Below, piece after piece: positions 1 to 9,428 of a DNA stretch of 64,000 nucleotides. The notes under the pieces are model-generated. The model searched no databases and had not been told where the DNA came from. It saw only the letters and a list, made by a program, of their open reading frames with translations. Origin of the DNA: a virus; IMG/VR virus record IMGVR_UViG_3300017527_000515, positions 1 through 64,000 of that record; one strand, 5' to 3'. Each line of letters opens with the position of its first letter. Positions within the stretch are counted from its first letter, which is position 1. The position numbers and the translations under genes were made by a program.

Positions 1-390
1 ATCTTCTTCTGTAGCTGTGTGTGGAAACCCTAAATATTTAGGGTATCTCAACATATCTTTCTTCATTTGATTGCCTGCGTGTTTACCCTGTACAGGTGCA
101 TGTATAACGGGTTCGGCATAATCATGCTGTATCTTATCTATTGTGCCTGGTACTACAGTACTATGAATAATAATATATTTTGGGCTGGCATAAGCATATA
201 TCTTTTTAATCTCTTCGCTAATGTTCAGGTTCCCTGGTATACAGACATGTAAAAAAGTACACGGTGCAGCTTCGTTGTCTGGGTAATTAATTGGGTCCAG
301 CGGTAACGTTTTGTACACACCATTAAATAGTTCATACAAAGGCTTTCCAATCTCTCCTGTACCCATACATATCACGTCATAACTTTCCAT
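1..390 (-). CDS. UDP-glucose/GDP-mannose dehydrogenase family protein, N-terminal part (runs off the left edge; not in the ORF track)
   Basis: Manual translation from ATG at 390 (SD AAGGAG upstream): MESYDVICMGTGEIGKPLYELF...IIIHSTVVPGT...HAPVQGKH. It has a Rossmann GxGxxG and the STVxPGT motif of nucleotide-sugar dehydrogenases, with no stop before position 1. Confidence 0.7.
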   Translation of the reverse strand, partial: MESYDVICMGTGEIGKPLYELFNGVYKTLPLDPINYPDNEAAPCTFLHVCIPGNLNISEEIKKIYAYASPKYIIIHSTVVPGTIDKIQHDYAEPVIHAPVQGKHAGNQMKKDMLRYPKYLGFPHTATEED

Positions 391-402
391 ATTAAATCTC
401 CT

Positions 403-1077
403 TTATTCCGGTATAAATTCATAGGTATCTGATGAGTTGAATCGTTTACCTATTTTATAATTAAAACTATTTAATAGATCTATGACTATTTTTTTATTAT
501 TTGGATCATCAATTTCAATGAACAGTATCGGGCGATGTTTACTTAAAAGATTAGAGGCGCCCCTCAAAGCCCTAACCTCATTGAATTCAACATCCATCTT
601 CATCAAAGATATATTTTCTAATTTTTGCTCGGTCACTATACTATCTATAGTTTTTACTGTAGTATCATCACCCTCTGTTAATTTATGCATTCCACGATTA
701 CTTCTACCACCAACAAAGAATTTCTCCATACTACCTGAACCATTAGCATCAGACACTGCTAAATTCAACGCGATAACTTTATTCTCAACAGAATTAAGAT
801 TTATATTCCCAACTAAATAATTATATGAAGAATTAACAGGCTCTATAGATACGACTTTATCTGTCTGACATACTTTAGCAAAAAATAAAGTGTGGTTGCC
901 GATGGCTGCGCCAACATCCATAAATGTGCCGCCCAAATCGTAATTGCTCTTTATATAATCTAACATTTTGCCTTCATAAAAACGCAAACGCTGCCAGTCT
1001 TTCTGTAAATGCTCGGTAGGCTCACTAATATTAAACTTTACAACCTGACCAGCCTTTTCTATATTAACTACTCTCAT
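403..1077 (-). CDS. FkbM-family SAM-dependent methyltransferase
   Basis: FMDVGAAIGNHT, SIEP, LMKMDVEFNE..ALRGA and P.LFIE are FkbM/Methyltransf_21 motifs. Confidence 0.9.
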   Translation of the reverse strand: MRVVNIEKAGQVVKFNISEPTEHLQKDWQRLRFYEGKMLDYIKSNYDLGGTFMDVGAAIGNHTLFFAKVCQTDKVVSIEPVNSSYNYLVGNINLNSVENKVIALNLAVSDANGSGSMEKFFVGGRSNRGMHKLTEGDDTTVKTIDSIVTEQKLENISLMKMDVEFNEVRALRGASNLLSKHRPILFIEIDDPNNKKIVIDLLNSFNYKIGKRFNSSDTYEFIPE

Positions 1078-1088
1078 AATTAATCTCC

Positions 1089-2165
1089 TTATATAATATT
1101 ATTCCCGTAAATTACTTTTTTCCCTTCCCTAAGCAACTGTTCTACTAAAGAGGCTATGCTCCAATAAGTCCACCAACGGCCTGACTTGGTGTAATTAGGC
1201 GAATAATTAAAATCCCCAGTGTTAATATATTTAAATAGAGTAGAATTCTCAAAATCCCCAACAATTTTTCTAAACACAATATCAGGGAATACTTTATTTG
1301 GATTGTGTCCTTTTCTAGGTAAATCAGCCAACTTAGAGTCCAACCTTTTCACTAGATTATATCTAAGATCATTTACAGCACGGTTTGGCTTAAAACTAAA
1401 AATTGTATCCACTAATTTGGGATATAAAAAAGGAGTTCTTCTATAGAAAGGGAGCGACGCATCAAGTCTAGCATTTCTTGTGTAATACCATTCCTTGAAG
1501 AATTGATCCACAGTACCTCTAGCCTCCAACAATTCATTCTGGTAACTCGAAACAAACATAACTAAATTTTCTTTTGGAATTTTATCTATAGATTGTAGAT
1601 AGTTAACGCAGTGATAAAATCTAAATACTGGATAATCTGACGGTCCATTTAAAGACTGCCACGCCGTTTTAAAATTATATGTTTGTGGGTCTTTGTGAAG
1701 ATCGTATATAAACAAATCCTGTTCGGCCCATCCCTTATAGAACATAATATCCTTGAACAGCCGGGCCTCATTTGGAAAACTAACAAAAAGTATACCCGCT
1801 GGCGCAGCAGTACTATATAATTTATCAATGAAATAAGAAGTAATTCTACTATCATAACCAGATGAATGGAAGATCAAATAAAACTTACCGGGGTCCCATA
1901 AATTACGTATTGACTCCTCTAAAACATCAAAATATAAATCATAATCAAAGGCTTTTACTCTGTTTATTTCCTTTATATAATCAGAAAACACTGTTCGATA
2001 ATCTAATATATCTATATCCTTAAAGGGGGTAGTTGTCTCAGGTTTGCCCTTAGCTACAAACTTAGGATCTATGACAACATCACCTGAAAGGACGTCTTTT
2101 ATATTGTTAGACACCAGTCCAGTTATATTATTTATATACTTCCTTTCGATAGAAAAATGTGACAT
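1089..2165 (-). CDS. Asparagine-synthetase-like (PP-loop ATP pyrophosphatase) domain protein without a glutaminase domain
   Basis: LEESIR...FHSSGYDSR resembles LSGGxDS; RRTPFLYPKLVD resembles RxPFLDxxLV; K..LR-like segment near the C-terminus. Confidence 0.55.
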   Translation of the reverse strand: MSHFSIERKYINNITGLVSNNIKDVLSGDVVIDPKFVAKGKPETTTPFKDIDILDYRTVFSDYIKEINRVKAFDYDLYFDVLEESIRNLWDPGKFYLIFHSSGYDSRITSYFIDKLYSTAAPAGILFVSFPNEARLFKDIMFYKGWAEQDLFIYDLHKDPQTYNFKTAWQSLNGPSDYPVFRFYHCVNYLQSIDKIPKENLVMFVSSYQNELLEARGTVDQFFKEWYYTRNARLDASLPFYRRTPFLYPKLVDTIFSFKPNRAVNDLRYNLVKRLDSKLADLPRKGHNPNKVFPDIVFRKIVGDFENSTLFKYINTGDFNYSPNYTKSGRWWTYWSIASLVEQLLREGKKVIYGNNII

Positions 2166-2175
2166 CTCATCTCCC

Positions 2176-2946
2176 CTAAATATACTTTAATTTATGTAGA
2201 ACTTCTATGGCTTCTGGCGCCAGATCTTTTTTCCAATTAGAAATCCATTTTTTATAATAGCCAATATGTGCAGTGTCTCTTTTTATCAGGTGATCTTCGG
2301 ATTTTCTCAAGGTGCCCTCACTTATCCCGGTAAATATGGACAATTTTTGCGCATTCAAATAAGGGCTTACAATAAAATCCTCAAATCTAATCTCTAAATA
2401 TTGATTGGTCTTTAATTTTTCTCTAATATCAAACCATATATTTAATTTCTCTGCCCAATGCAATGAGTTTTTATAGGCACTAGTAGTTGCCCACGGTCGA
2501 TGGTTCTTGCCGCCTTCACTATGCCTCAGACCAGAGGCAGTACTATCCCTACCATCTCTGTAAATATGTATTATCTTCACGTCCTCCTTTAATATACTTA
2601 CAATATCAAGAAGGTAATATCCAACCCCGCTTTTATCACCAAAAACTTCATATTTATCACCAAACAAAACCTTTTCAACCGAATAAAGTCCTTGAAGCAT
2701 ATTTTTACCTGTGGTATTAGTCTTACATCTACGTAGAAATTCCTGCGGAGTAACATGCATGGGTATTTTGTTACGTGGCCCTAATTTAGTAGATAGAAAT
2801 TTAAAATAATTATTTACATCTGTTTCAACAGTTAGTTGGTTGTAAATTCTCATTTCATTAGTTATATGTGAATTTGGAGGATGACTTAAAACATCTCTAA
2901 GTATAGTTGTGCCACTCCTAGATCTACCTGCTACTATCAGTCTCAT
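2176..2946 (-). CDS. Sulfotransferase (PAPS-dependent)
   Basis: 5'-PSB motif IVAGRSRSGTT, GDK, 3'-PB motif IHIYRDGRD, and IRFEDF. Confidence 0.85.
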   Translation of the reverse strand: MRLIVAGRSRSGTTILRDVLSHPPNSHITNEMRIYNQLTVETDVNNYFKFLSTKLGPRNKIPMHVTPQEFLRRCKTNTTGKNMLQGLYSVEKVLFGDKYEVFGDKSGVGYYLLDIVSILKEDVKIIHIYRDGRDSTASGLRHSEGGKNHRPWATTSAYKNSLHWAEKLNIWFDIREKLKTNQYLEIRFEDFIVSPYLNAQKLSIFTGISEGTLRKSEDHLIKRDTAHIGYYKKWISNWKKDLAPEAIEVLHKLKYI

Positions 2947-3863
2947 AGAACCTCCTCAAATATCTTTTTGTATACTTTATAACAAGCATGTTGGCTGTGG
3001 TATTTTAATGCCCACTTACGCATTTTTTTGCCATAAATTTCCCTATTCTTCTCATAAGAAAAAAATTCTAACATTTCTGGTATTTTTTCACCTCTTCTAC
3101 CTATGTCGTAAACAGGGTATTCGCCGCCTAACAAAACATGTTTTTTATCTTTATCCAATATACTACCAAAACAAGGTATTCCCATCATTCCCGCCTCTAT
3201 TAAAGTGTAACCATAAGCATAATAAATACCATGAGTAAATATATCACAACCAAAGATTCTATCCAAGATCGTAGGATAATCCTGGAACTCAGAAGCCATT
3301 ATACATCTAAAATTTTCTATTTTACTTTCGATGTATGACACCCCTTTAGCGTCTTTTTGCCGTAACCAGCCAGGAGCGGCCGCGGCCACTAACTCTGTAG
3401 TATTATAGTCGGTTTTAACTCTAAAAATATTTTCATCTACTGGCTGTAGCCCCAATTTTAAACCACTAATGGGGTAATTTATTGTAAGAGCTACATAAAA
3501 ATCTGCTAGTTGTCTTACCCTTTCAAACCACTCTGGATTTTTATAATAGACGCTGGAGTTTACTACCATACCTGTAGGTTTGTTTCTTTTAAATCCAATC
3601 TTTTTTAGAAAACTAAAGTCTAATTTACCTTTATAATTTACACATCCACTCTCACATATCATGTATATATCCGCCGCTTCTATTAAAGACATCGCTTTAT
3701 CTTTTTTTGTCCAAAAAGGGACGTCATACCGCGCAGTAAAACCCTCAGTAGTTCTTTCCTTGGTCATAATAACATTAGAAGTAATACCATATCTATTTAG
3801 CGCGTCAGATATATTATGCACCGCATTTGCGTAATCTTTGAAAGCTATAAAGACAACCCGCAT
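2943..3863 (-). CDS. Glycosyltransferase, GT-B fold (GT4-like)
   Basis: KGVSYI, CDIF, YGYTLIEAGMMGIPC and the C-terminal GKKMRKWALKYHS fit GT-B donor-binding domains. Confidence 0.7.
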   Translation of the reverse strand: MRVVFIAFKDYANAVHNISDALNRYGITSNVIMTKERTTEGFTARYDVPFWTKKDKAMSLIEAADIYMICESGCVNYKGKLDFSFLKKIGFKRNKPTGMVVNSSVYYKNPEWFERVRQLADFYVALTINYPISGLKLGLQPVDENIFRVKTDYNTTELVAAAAPGWLRQKDAKGVSYIESKIENFRCIMASEFQDYPTILDRIFGCDIFTHGIYYAYGYTLIEAGMMGIPCFGSILDKDKKHVLLGGEYPVYDIGRRGEKIPEMLEFFSYEKNREIYGKKMRKWALKYHSQHACYKVYKKIFEEVL

Positions 3864-4669
3864 TATTTAACCCCTTCCTTATGAGAACTTAAGTGTTGGC
3901 GACAATCCATTAGATTATCCAAAATATCTTTTGGTATATATCTAGATAAATCTACGTCGCACTTGGATCTAGGTGAGCGTATATTATTAAACCAAGATTT
4001 TTGAGCATGGGATATGTTGTTTAAACCTTTTATATTTAATCCTCGTTTCCAACTATCAGTTTTATCAAAATATATTTGTATTGGCTTTCCTAATGCTTTC
4101 TTATAAGACTCACGAACCATTGCATCGCAGCCTTTTTCTTTATTAGTAAAATATTGAGTAGCTTTTTTTAGAACAGGTGTTCTAAAAGCTCTAGCCGTAC
4201 TATCATCTTTTCGTCTTTGCTTTGTCGCCCAAACATCATAAACTAAGGTGCGGCCATCCTTTATGTTATAGAAAATAGTTTTTGGTATAGAAAACCAATC
4301 TTTGTCCTTGTTGTTCTTTAAAACATGATATGCCGAGCTTAAAAGTCTTGGCGGGGCGTAATAATCATCTGGATTCCAAATAGCCACCTCGGTATCTGAA
4401 AACAAACTAACTAGTTTCTTTAATTTTTTACCTAAAGGAATCCAGCCAACAAGCGGAACGTAATTAAAACTAACACAACCTACTGAATTTAATCTAGGTA
4501 AATATCTTTCTATTTCTTCTCTGCCCATAACCTCTGTGTTATTCTGCTCTTCAATTACAACAAGTTCCCATTCAAAATCTATATGCTCTTGTCTACATAG
4601 TGATTCTAACGCTGCCCAGCCTATATACTTAGATCTAAAAAATGGTAAACCTACCGATAGTTTAATCAT
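3863..4669 (-). CDS. Glycosyltransferase, GT-A fold (GT2-like)
   Basis: LSVGLPFF..ALESLCRQ..WELVVI, LGKK, PDDYY.P.RL. Start set at the ATG with an AGGAG SD. Confidence 0.75.
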   Translation of the reverse strand: MIKLSVGLPFFRSKYIGWAALESLCRQEHIDFEWELVVIEEQNNTEVMGREEIERYLPRLNSVGCVSFNYVPLVGWIPLGKKLKKLVSLFSDTEVAIWNPDDYYAPPRLLSSAYHVLKNNKDKDWFSIPKTIFYNIKDGRTLVYDVWATKQRRKDDSTARAFRTPVLKKATQYFTNKEKGCDAMVRESYKKALGKPIQIYFDKTDSWKRGLNIKGLNNISHAQKSWFNNIRSPRSKCDVDLSRYIPKDILDNLMDCRQHLSSHKEGVK

Positions 4670-5117
4670 CACGTTCTCCTATTTTAACAGCCGGGTTTCC
4701 GGCCCAAATCTCATATGGCGGTACATTCTTAGTAAGAACTGAGCCAGTACCTACTACAGCACCATCACCTATGTTACTAACAGTAACTATAATCGAATTC
4801 ATACCTATAAATACATCTTGACCTATAATTAAATCTATTGCTTCTATACGCTGTATATCTTTCCTTCTTCCTCTTGAGTGGCGCCAGTAATGTTTATGGG
4901 TAAACACCTTAGTGTCATCAGATATCTCACTGTATTTACCAATCTTTATATTACCTGTAAGATCAAACCAACAACCTCTACCTATGTGTAAAGGTTTTTC
5001 TAGAATTATTCTACCGACACCTATGTCTACATGTTGAGCTCTAATCTTGTAGGTCGGGCTACCCATAGATTCATTATGTTTAATCGCTTTTATATTCTCT
5101 AATGTTTGTTTATCCAT
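4662..5117 (-). CDS. Hexapeptide-repeat (LbH) sugar O-acetyltransferase
   Basis: IGKYSEI..VFTHKH, IGQDVFIG, IGDGAVVGTGSVLTKNVPPYEIWAGNPA. Confidence 0.9.
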   Translation of the reverse strand: MDKQTLENIKAIKHNESMGSPTYKIRAQHVDIGVGRIILEKPLHIGRGCWFDLTGNIKIGKYSEISDDTKVFTHKHYWRHSRGRRKDIQRIEAIDLIIGQDVFIGMNSIIVTVSNIGDGAVVGTGSVLTKNVPPYEIWAGNPAVKIGERDD

Positions 5118-5123
5118 AATAGT

Positions 5124-5756
5124 TTAATCTGGCCAGATGTTTTTCCCCCTCTCTTTTCTTCTCAGATGTTCTAAATCATCATAAAAAGCACGCTTTTTCT
5201 CCGGGTCTTTTCCTAATTTTTCCATCCAATAAAATCTAAAATGGTGTTTGATTAAATCTTCTTCAGTTCTAAAACCTTTATAGCCCTGAATAGCAGCGTG
5301 GTAATACTTTTTAGTATGTATCCTTGGATAACCATTGCTTTTACAGACTCTTGGCGGAGTTTTTCTTACCGCTATGGGCTCACCAGTCATTTCAAGATTA
5401 TCCCACTCTAAACGAACAAGACCTAAACACTCAATGCCTGCCAAGTCCGCCTTCTCCACCTTATTTCTTAGGAGAGGGCCTGATTTAGAATCAAATATCT
5501 CGTCGCCGCCCAGAAGTATGTGCCAATCGGATACTTCTTTCATCCACGCTAAGGAAGTGTTCCTGAGTTTACCAAAATTAGCAAAAGCAAATTTTCTAAT
5601 CTCACAGCCGTAGTCTTTACATATTTCCTCTGTTCTATCAGTTGTTAAATCATCTATTAATATATAACCAGCGTCTACAAAAGGCATTATACTTTTAAGC
5701 ATAAACTCTATACAATGCTCTTCGTTTTTAACAAAAGAAACCATAGATAGTCTCAT
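5124..5756 (-). CDS. Glycosyltransferase family 2
   Basis: VKNEEHCI, IDDLTTDRTEEI, FGKLRN, DWHILLGGDE. Confidence 0.8.
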   Translation of the reverse strand: MRLSMVSFVKNEEHCIEFMLKSIMPFVDAGYILIDDLTTDRTEEICKDYGCEIRKFAFANFGKLRNTSLAWMKEVSDWHILLGGDEIFDSKSGPLLRNKVEKADLAGIECLGLVRLEWDNLEMTGEPIAVRKTPPRVCKSNGYPRIHTKKYYHAAIQGYKGFRTEEDLIKHHFRFYWMEKLGKDPEKKRAFYDDLEHLRRKERGKNIWPD

Positions 5757-6481
5757 AGTATAACTCCTTTTTTGTAGAGTATATTAGGATATTTTATTTT
5801 TCTAAAATAATTATTATCCTTAGTCTTTTGGAAGCCGGGCTTCTTCACATAATCTTCAGTCATATAGTGCCCTGGCCCGTTGCGTCTATCAAACTCTGGT
5901 TGGTGGCCTCTAATGCCTATACGGTGCATGTGGTGAATAAGATATTTAGTATTAGTCACGTCTGATCTATCATACATTCTCTTACCACCATAACATAAAA
6001 AATTATGAGCGTTGTTAGTTTCCCACTGCATACCTGCCACATTCCTAAAGATCCTGACCTCTCCACCGTTAGCTGGCTGATGTATAGGTTTATGGTGATC
6101 TAAACTGTATATATAATTTATTCTATAGAATCCATAACCTAATATACTTGGGTGCTCGTTCAGCCAGTCATGCAGATTCTCCCACACATCATCGTCTAAA
6201 AGCTCGTCGCAGCCCAAACATAAAATCCAATCACCATACGCTACGTCCTGTATTATATTACGCCGGTCTCCCTCGTTCCAACCAACACCACCGCGCTCCA
6301 CAGTAGGTTGTGGTATAGTATAATATCTTACCTTGTCATACTTGCTTAGTATAGATATAGTATTATCAGTACTACCACCATCTAGACATACAATCTCATC
6401 TACATGATCATACATATGCTCTATACAGAGGTCAATCCATCTATCTTCATTCAATGTTAATAAACACGCTGATAATCTCAT
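5753..6481 (-). CDS. Glycosyltransferase family 2
   Basis: LTLNEDRWI, VDEIVCLDGGSTDNT, GDWILCLGCDE. Start moved to ATG 6481, which forms an ATGA overlap with the upstream stop. Confidence 0.85.
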   Translation of the reverse strand: MRLSACLLTLNEDRWIDLCIEHMYDHVDEIVCLDGGSTDNTISILSKYDKVRYYTIPQPTVERGGVGWNEGDRRNIIQDVAYGDWILCLGCDELLDDDVWENLHDWLNEHPSILGYGFYRINYIYSLDHHKPIHQPANGGEVRIFRNVAGMQWETNNAHNFLCYGGKRMYDRSDVTNTKYLIHHMHRIGIRGHQPEFDRRNGPGHYMTEDYVKKPGFQKTKDNNYFRKIKYPNILYKKGVIL

Positions 6482-6924
6482 TCTATATCTCTCGCTCCCT
6501 TTCTGGCAGGATTGCCGTACCACAATTCATTAGCAGGGACATCTTTAGTTACAACTGACCCTGCCCCTATCATAGCGTTGCTGCCGACAGTAATCCCCGG
6601 ACAAATAGTAGTATTAGCACCTATACTAACACCATCCTCAATCTTTGTTTTATATGTTTCCCACTGTCCCTCTGTTCTTGGGTACATATCATTAGTAAAA
6701 CATACATGTGGGCCTATAAATACATTGTTGCCTATTTCTATACCTTCAGGTATAAATGCGAAAGCTTGTATCTTACATCCATCACCGATAACTACAGTCT
6801 TCCTGATCTCTACCATTGCACCTATGTTACAGTAATCACCTATAGTACATCCATAGATATTAGATGTTTCCGGGTGCCAGATACCGGTAAAATCCCCTAT
6901 AATTACATCATCTTTTATAGCCAT
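6478..6924 (-). CDS. Hexapeptide-repeat N-acetyltransferase (WbpD/WlbB/FdtC-like)
   Basis: NIYGCTIGDYCNIG, CKIQAFAFIPEGIEIGNNVFIGPHVCFTNDMYP, GAGSVVTKDVP..YGNPA. Start moved to MAIKDD. Confidence 0.9.
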   Translation of the reverse strand: MAIKDDVIIGDFTGIWHPETSNIYGCTIGDYCNIGAMVEIRKTVVIGDGCKIQAFAFIPEGIEIGNNVFIGPHVCFTNDMYPRTEGQWETYKTKIEDGVSIGANTTICPGITVGSNAMIGAGSVVTKDVPANELWYGNPARKGARDIE

Positions 6925-7552
6925 ATTTCTCCATCGCTTCTCCGGCCTTTTGCCAGAAATACTTCTCATCTTCCTTAGTAAAATGATTTTTCCAGTCGCC
7001 TTTTATGCCCCTTCGTGGGGCATGACCCACAAGCTTATTAACGGTGTGTATTTCACTATTCTTAGTCGGCGCGCCTAATTCCGATGAGCATCGGGTAATT
7101 TGCGCCTGCTGGCCGTCTTTTAGATCCTCAAATTTAATTGTAGGTAGTTGACCACACCAACTATCAATGTAATTTGCCCAGTACCCTATAGGATCTGTAT
7201 ACATCTCAGGTTCTGGTTTGTGTCGTTTATAGTCCTGCTGGCCGCCATTATACATCCAGTCCGATGGCGGTATCTGAATCCTTCCATAGATAAAATCTTG
7301 GAAACTTCTGTTCATAAAATAAGGACCAGTACCTCTCTGTAACTTCCACCAATAGTACGAAGATACCATAACATCCCTACCATCTCTGATCATAAATACA
7401 GAAGACGTCTCTTTGATTAGCGCTGCTATGTGATCGTCGAAGGGCCAGTGGACATTTGTCACCTTACCGTCAAAATTTAATCGAAAACATTCTTTCAGGA
7501 AATTATTACCAGACCTTCTATGTCCCCATATTTTAAACTTTCTTACAGACAT
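6908..7552 (-). CDS. Sulfotransferase (Sulfotransfer_1-type)
   Basis: GHRRSGNNF, MIRDGRDVMVSSY, KFEDLK and the C-terminal RRGIKGDWKNHF (RKGxxGDWKNxF signature). Confidence 0.9.
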   Translation of the reverse strand: MSVRKFKIWGHRRSGNNFLKECFRLNFDGKVTNVHWPFDDHIAALIKETSSVFMIRDGRDVMVSSYYWWKLQRGTGPYFMNRSFQDFIYGRIQIPPSDWMYNGGQQDYKRHKPEPEMYTDPIGYWANYIDSWCGQLPTIKFEDLKDGQQAQITRCSSELGAPTKNSEIHTVNKLVGHAPRRGIKGDWKNHFTKEDEKYFWQKAGEAMEKYGYKR

Positions 7553-8535
7553 ACCCACTCCCCCGTCTCCAAAGACCTCAGAGCAGCATCTAGAACCTTA
7601 ACTACTTCTATACCGTTAACTCCGTCGGTCAACGGTACTTCTTTCTTATTGACACACTCTATGAAATGCTCACACTCTCTCTGTAGTGGTTCCCATACCT
7701 CAGTATATGGTGAGTAGACATCTCCATGTCTATAGGCCAACATGTAAGCACCGTGGTCGCTAGTATCTCTAACATCCACACCTTTATTATATATCTTAAT
7801 CTTTTCTTCAGCCAACATATTATATACTAACATCTTCTTTGTGCCGACCACAGTAGTTACTCGTTTCTTTCTGGGGTCTAACCAACTAAGATGTAGATCA
7901 CACACAGGACCTTTCTCATATTCCAAAGTAAGTTTAGCGACCTCAACCACACCCTTGTCTATAAATCCATAACCATTAGCGTGTACTCGAGAGACTTTAT
8001 CTCCTAATAAATAGTTAAATATAGATATATCATGAGGCGCCAGATCAGAGACCACGTTGGCCTTCTGAAATTTACCCAAGTTTAAGCGGGATGCATGTAT
8101 ATACACCACCTCACCTAACTCACCGCTGTCTATGATTTCTTTAATCTTAAGTACTTCTGGCACATACATAAATATATGACCGACCATAACAATTTTTCTC
8201 AGTGTTTTGGCACGATCTAATATCTCCTCAGCCTCTGCTACATCCACAGTCATGGGTTTCTCTATAAAAACATTCTTCTGGGCCATTAAAGAAGCCATAG
8301 CAATGTCATGGTGTGATGATGGAGGGGTTGCTATGAATATACTATCTATGTCGTTACGTCCTAATGCTCTTCGCCAGTCATTATTAAAGTATACCCCCTT
8401 ATATGTGGGGTCATCTCTAAACTTCTTGGTCTGTTCATAATCTATATCGAAAGCGGCGGCCAATACACCTAGCTTATTCAAAACTCTAAGTAGATTGGGG
8501 CCCCAATATCCTAAACCAACTAAAGCTGCTTTCAT
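7543..8535 (-). CDS. Gfo/Idh/MocA NAD-dependent oxidoreductase (WbpB/WlbA-like sugar 3-dehydrogenase)
   Basis: VGLGYWGPN, IATPPSSH, VFIEKPM, MVGH, DLAPHDISI, SWLDPRK. Confidence 0.9.
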   Translation of the reverse strand: MKAALVGLGYWGPNLLRVLNKLGVLAAAFDIDYEQTKKFRDDPTYKGVYFNNDWRRALGRNDIDSIFIATPPSSHHDIAMASLMAQKNVFIEKPMTVDVAEAEEILDRAKTLRKIVMVGHIFMYVPEVLKIKEIIDSGELGEVVYIHASRLNLGKFQKANVVSDLAPHDISIFNYLLGDKVSRVHANGYGFIDKGVVEVAKLTLEYEKGPVCDLHLSWLDPRKKRVTTVVGTKKMLVYNMLAEEKIKIYNKGVDVRDTSDHGAYMLAYRHGDVYSPYTEVWEPLQRECEHFIECVNKKEVPLTDGVNGIEVVKVLDAALRSLETGEWVCL

Positions 8536-8543
8536 AAAGCCTC

Positions 8544-9416
8544 CTAATCATCAAACCCGAATTCCATACCCACTTTGTTTGGATTCGCTTTGAAATTATA
8601 CTTCTCATCTGTCTCTGGATTAAATTGTATGAGCCTATTCCGGGACGCGAACCATTTGTATATCGGGTCCGGGTGAGTCCCCTCAAACTTATCCAAATTC
8701 TTCATATATTTTAGTAATTGGTAGTTAAATGGGACATCTACATCAAGTTTTCCATCGAAATATTCCTTGTCGTCCTCATACCAACTCCTAAATTTCTTCA
8801 ATTTTATACCCGCTACGCGTGCGTCTCTGATCCAACCATAGTGATAGATCGGCGTATCCTTCGGCAGCCAAACAGCATCCTTGCCCCTGTAACCATGACA
8901 AGCACTGCCCTTAAAACATACATCAGACACACAACCATTAGGGGAATTCCGTATACGGAAATCCATACTCTTTCTGCCCATGCGAGCGTGCCTATGATAC
9001 CATGTAGGATTAGGATTAGTGTAGCACGGTAAGCCGTAAAAATGAAGTACTTCGAAGTTGATTAGGTTGATGCGGGGGTGAGCACAGATCTCTTTAATCT
9101 GGTCTGCGTCATCCTCGTGGAATAAATCATCAGCATCCTGAATAACTATCCAATCACCAAGTGCCTTATCTATAGCAAAGTTTCTTTCTCGCTCCTGCCA
9201 TCCCCTATCATGCTTCCATTCACGTCTATATATACGTACAACGTCCTTACCAAACTCGTCTTGTAGCATCTTTAGGGTGTCGTATGTATCATCGAACGAC
9301 ATCCCCTCATTAACCACAACTTCATCGGCGAATTTTAAAGAACTTCTTATCGCTGCCTCAATACAATAGTCTAGATAATTACAGTTATATGCAACCATCG
9401 TAACAGAAATAGCCAT
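8544..9416 (-). CDS. Glycosyltransferase family 2
   Basis: ADEVVVNEGMSFDDT, RNFAI..GDWIVIQDADD (DxD), IYHYGW. Confidence 0.85.
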   Translation of the reverse strand: MAISVTMVAYNCNYLDYCIEAAIRSSLKFADEVVVNEGMSFDDTYDTLKMLQDEFGKDVVRIYRREWKHDRGWQERERNFAIDKALGDWIVIQDADDLFHEDDADQIKEICAHPRINLINFEVLHFYGLPCYTNPNPTWYHRHARMGRKSMDFRIRNSPNGCVSDVCFKGSACHGYRGKDAVWLPKDTPIYHYGWIRDARVAGIKLKKFRSWYEDDKEYFDGKLDVDVPFNYQLLKYMKNLDKFEGTHPDPIYKWFASRNRLIQFNPETDEKYNFKANPNKVGMEFGFDD

Positions 9417-9428
9417 TGTTTCTGCTCC

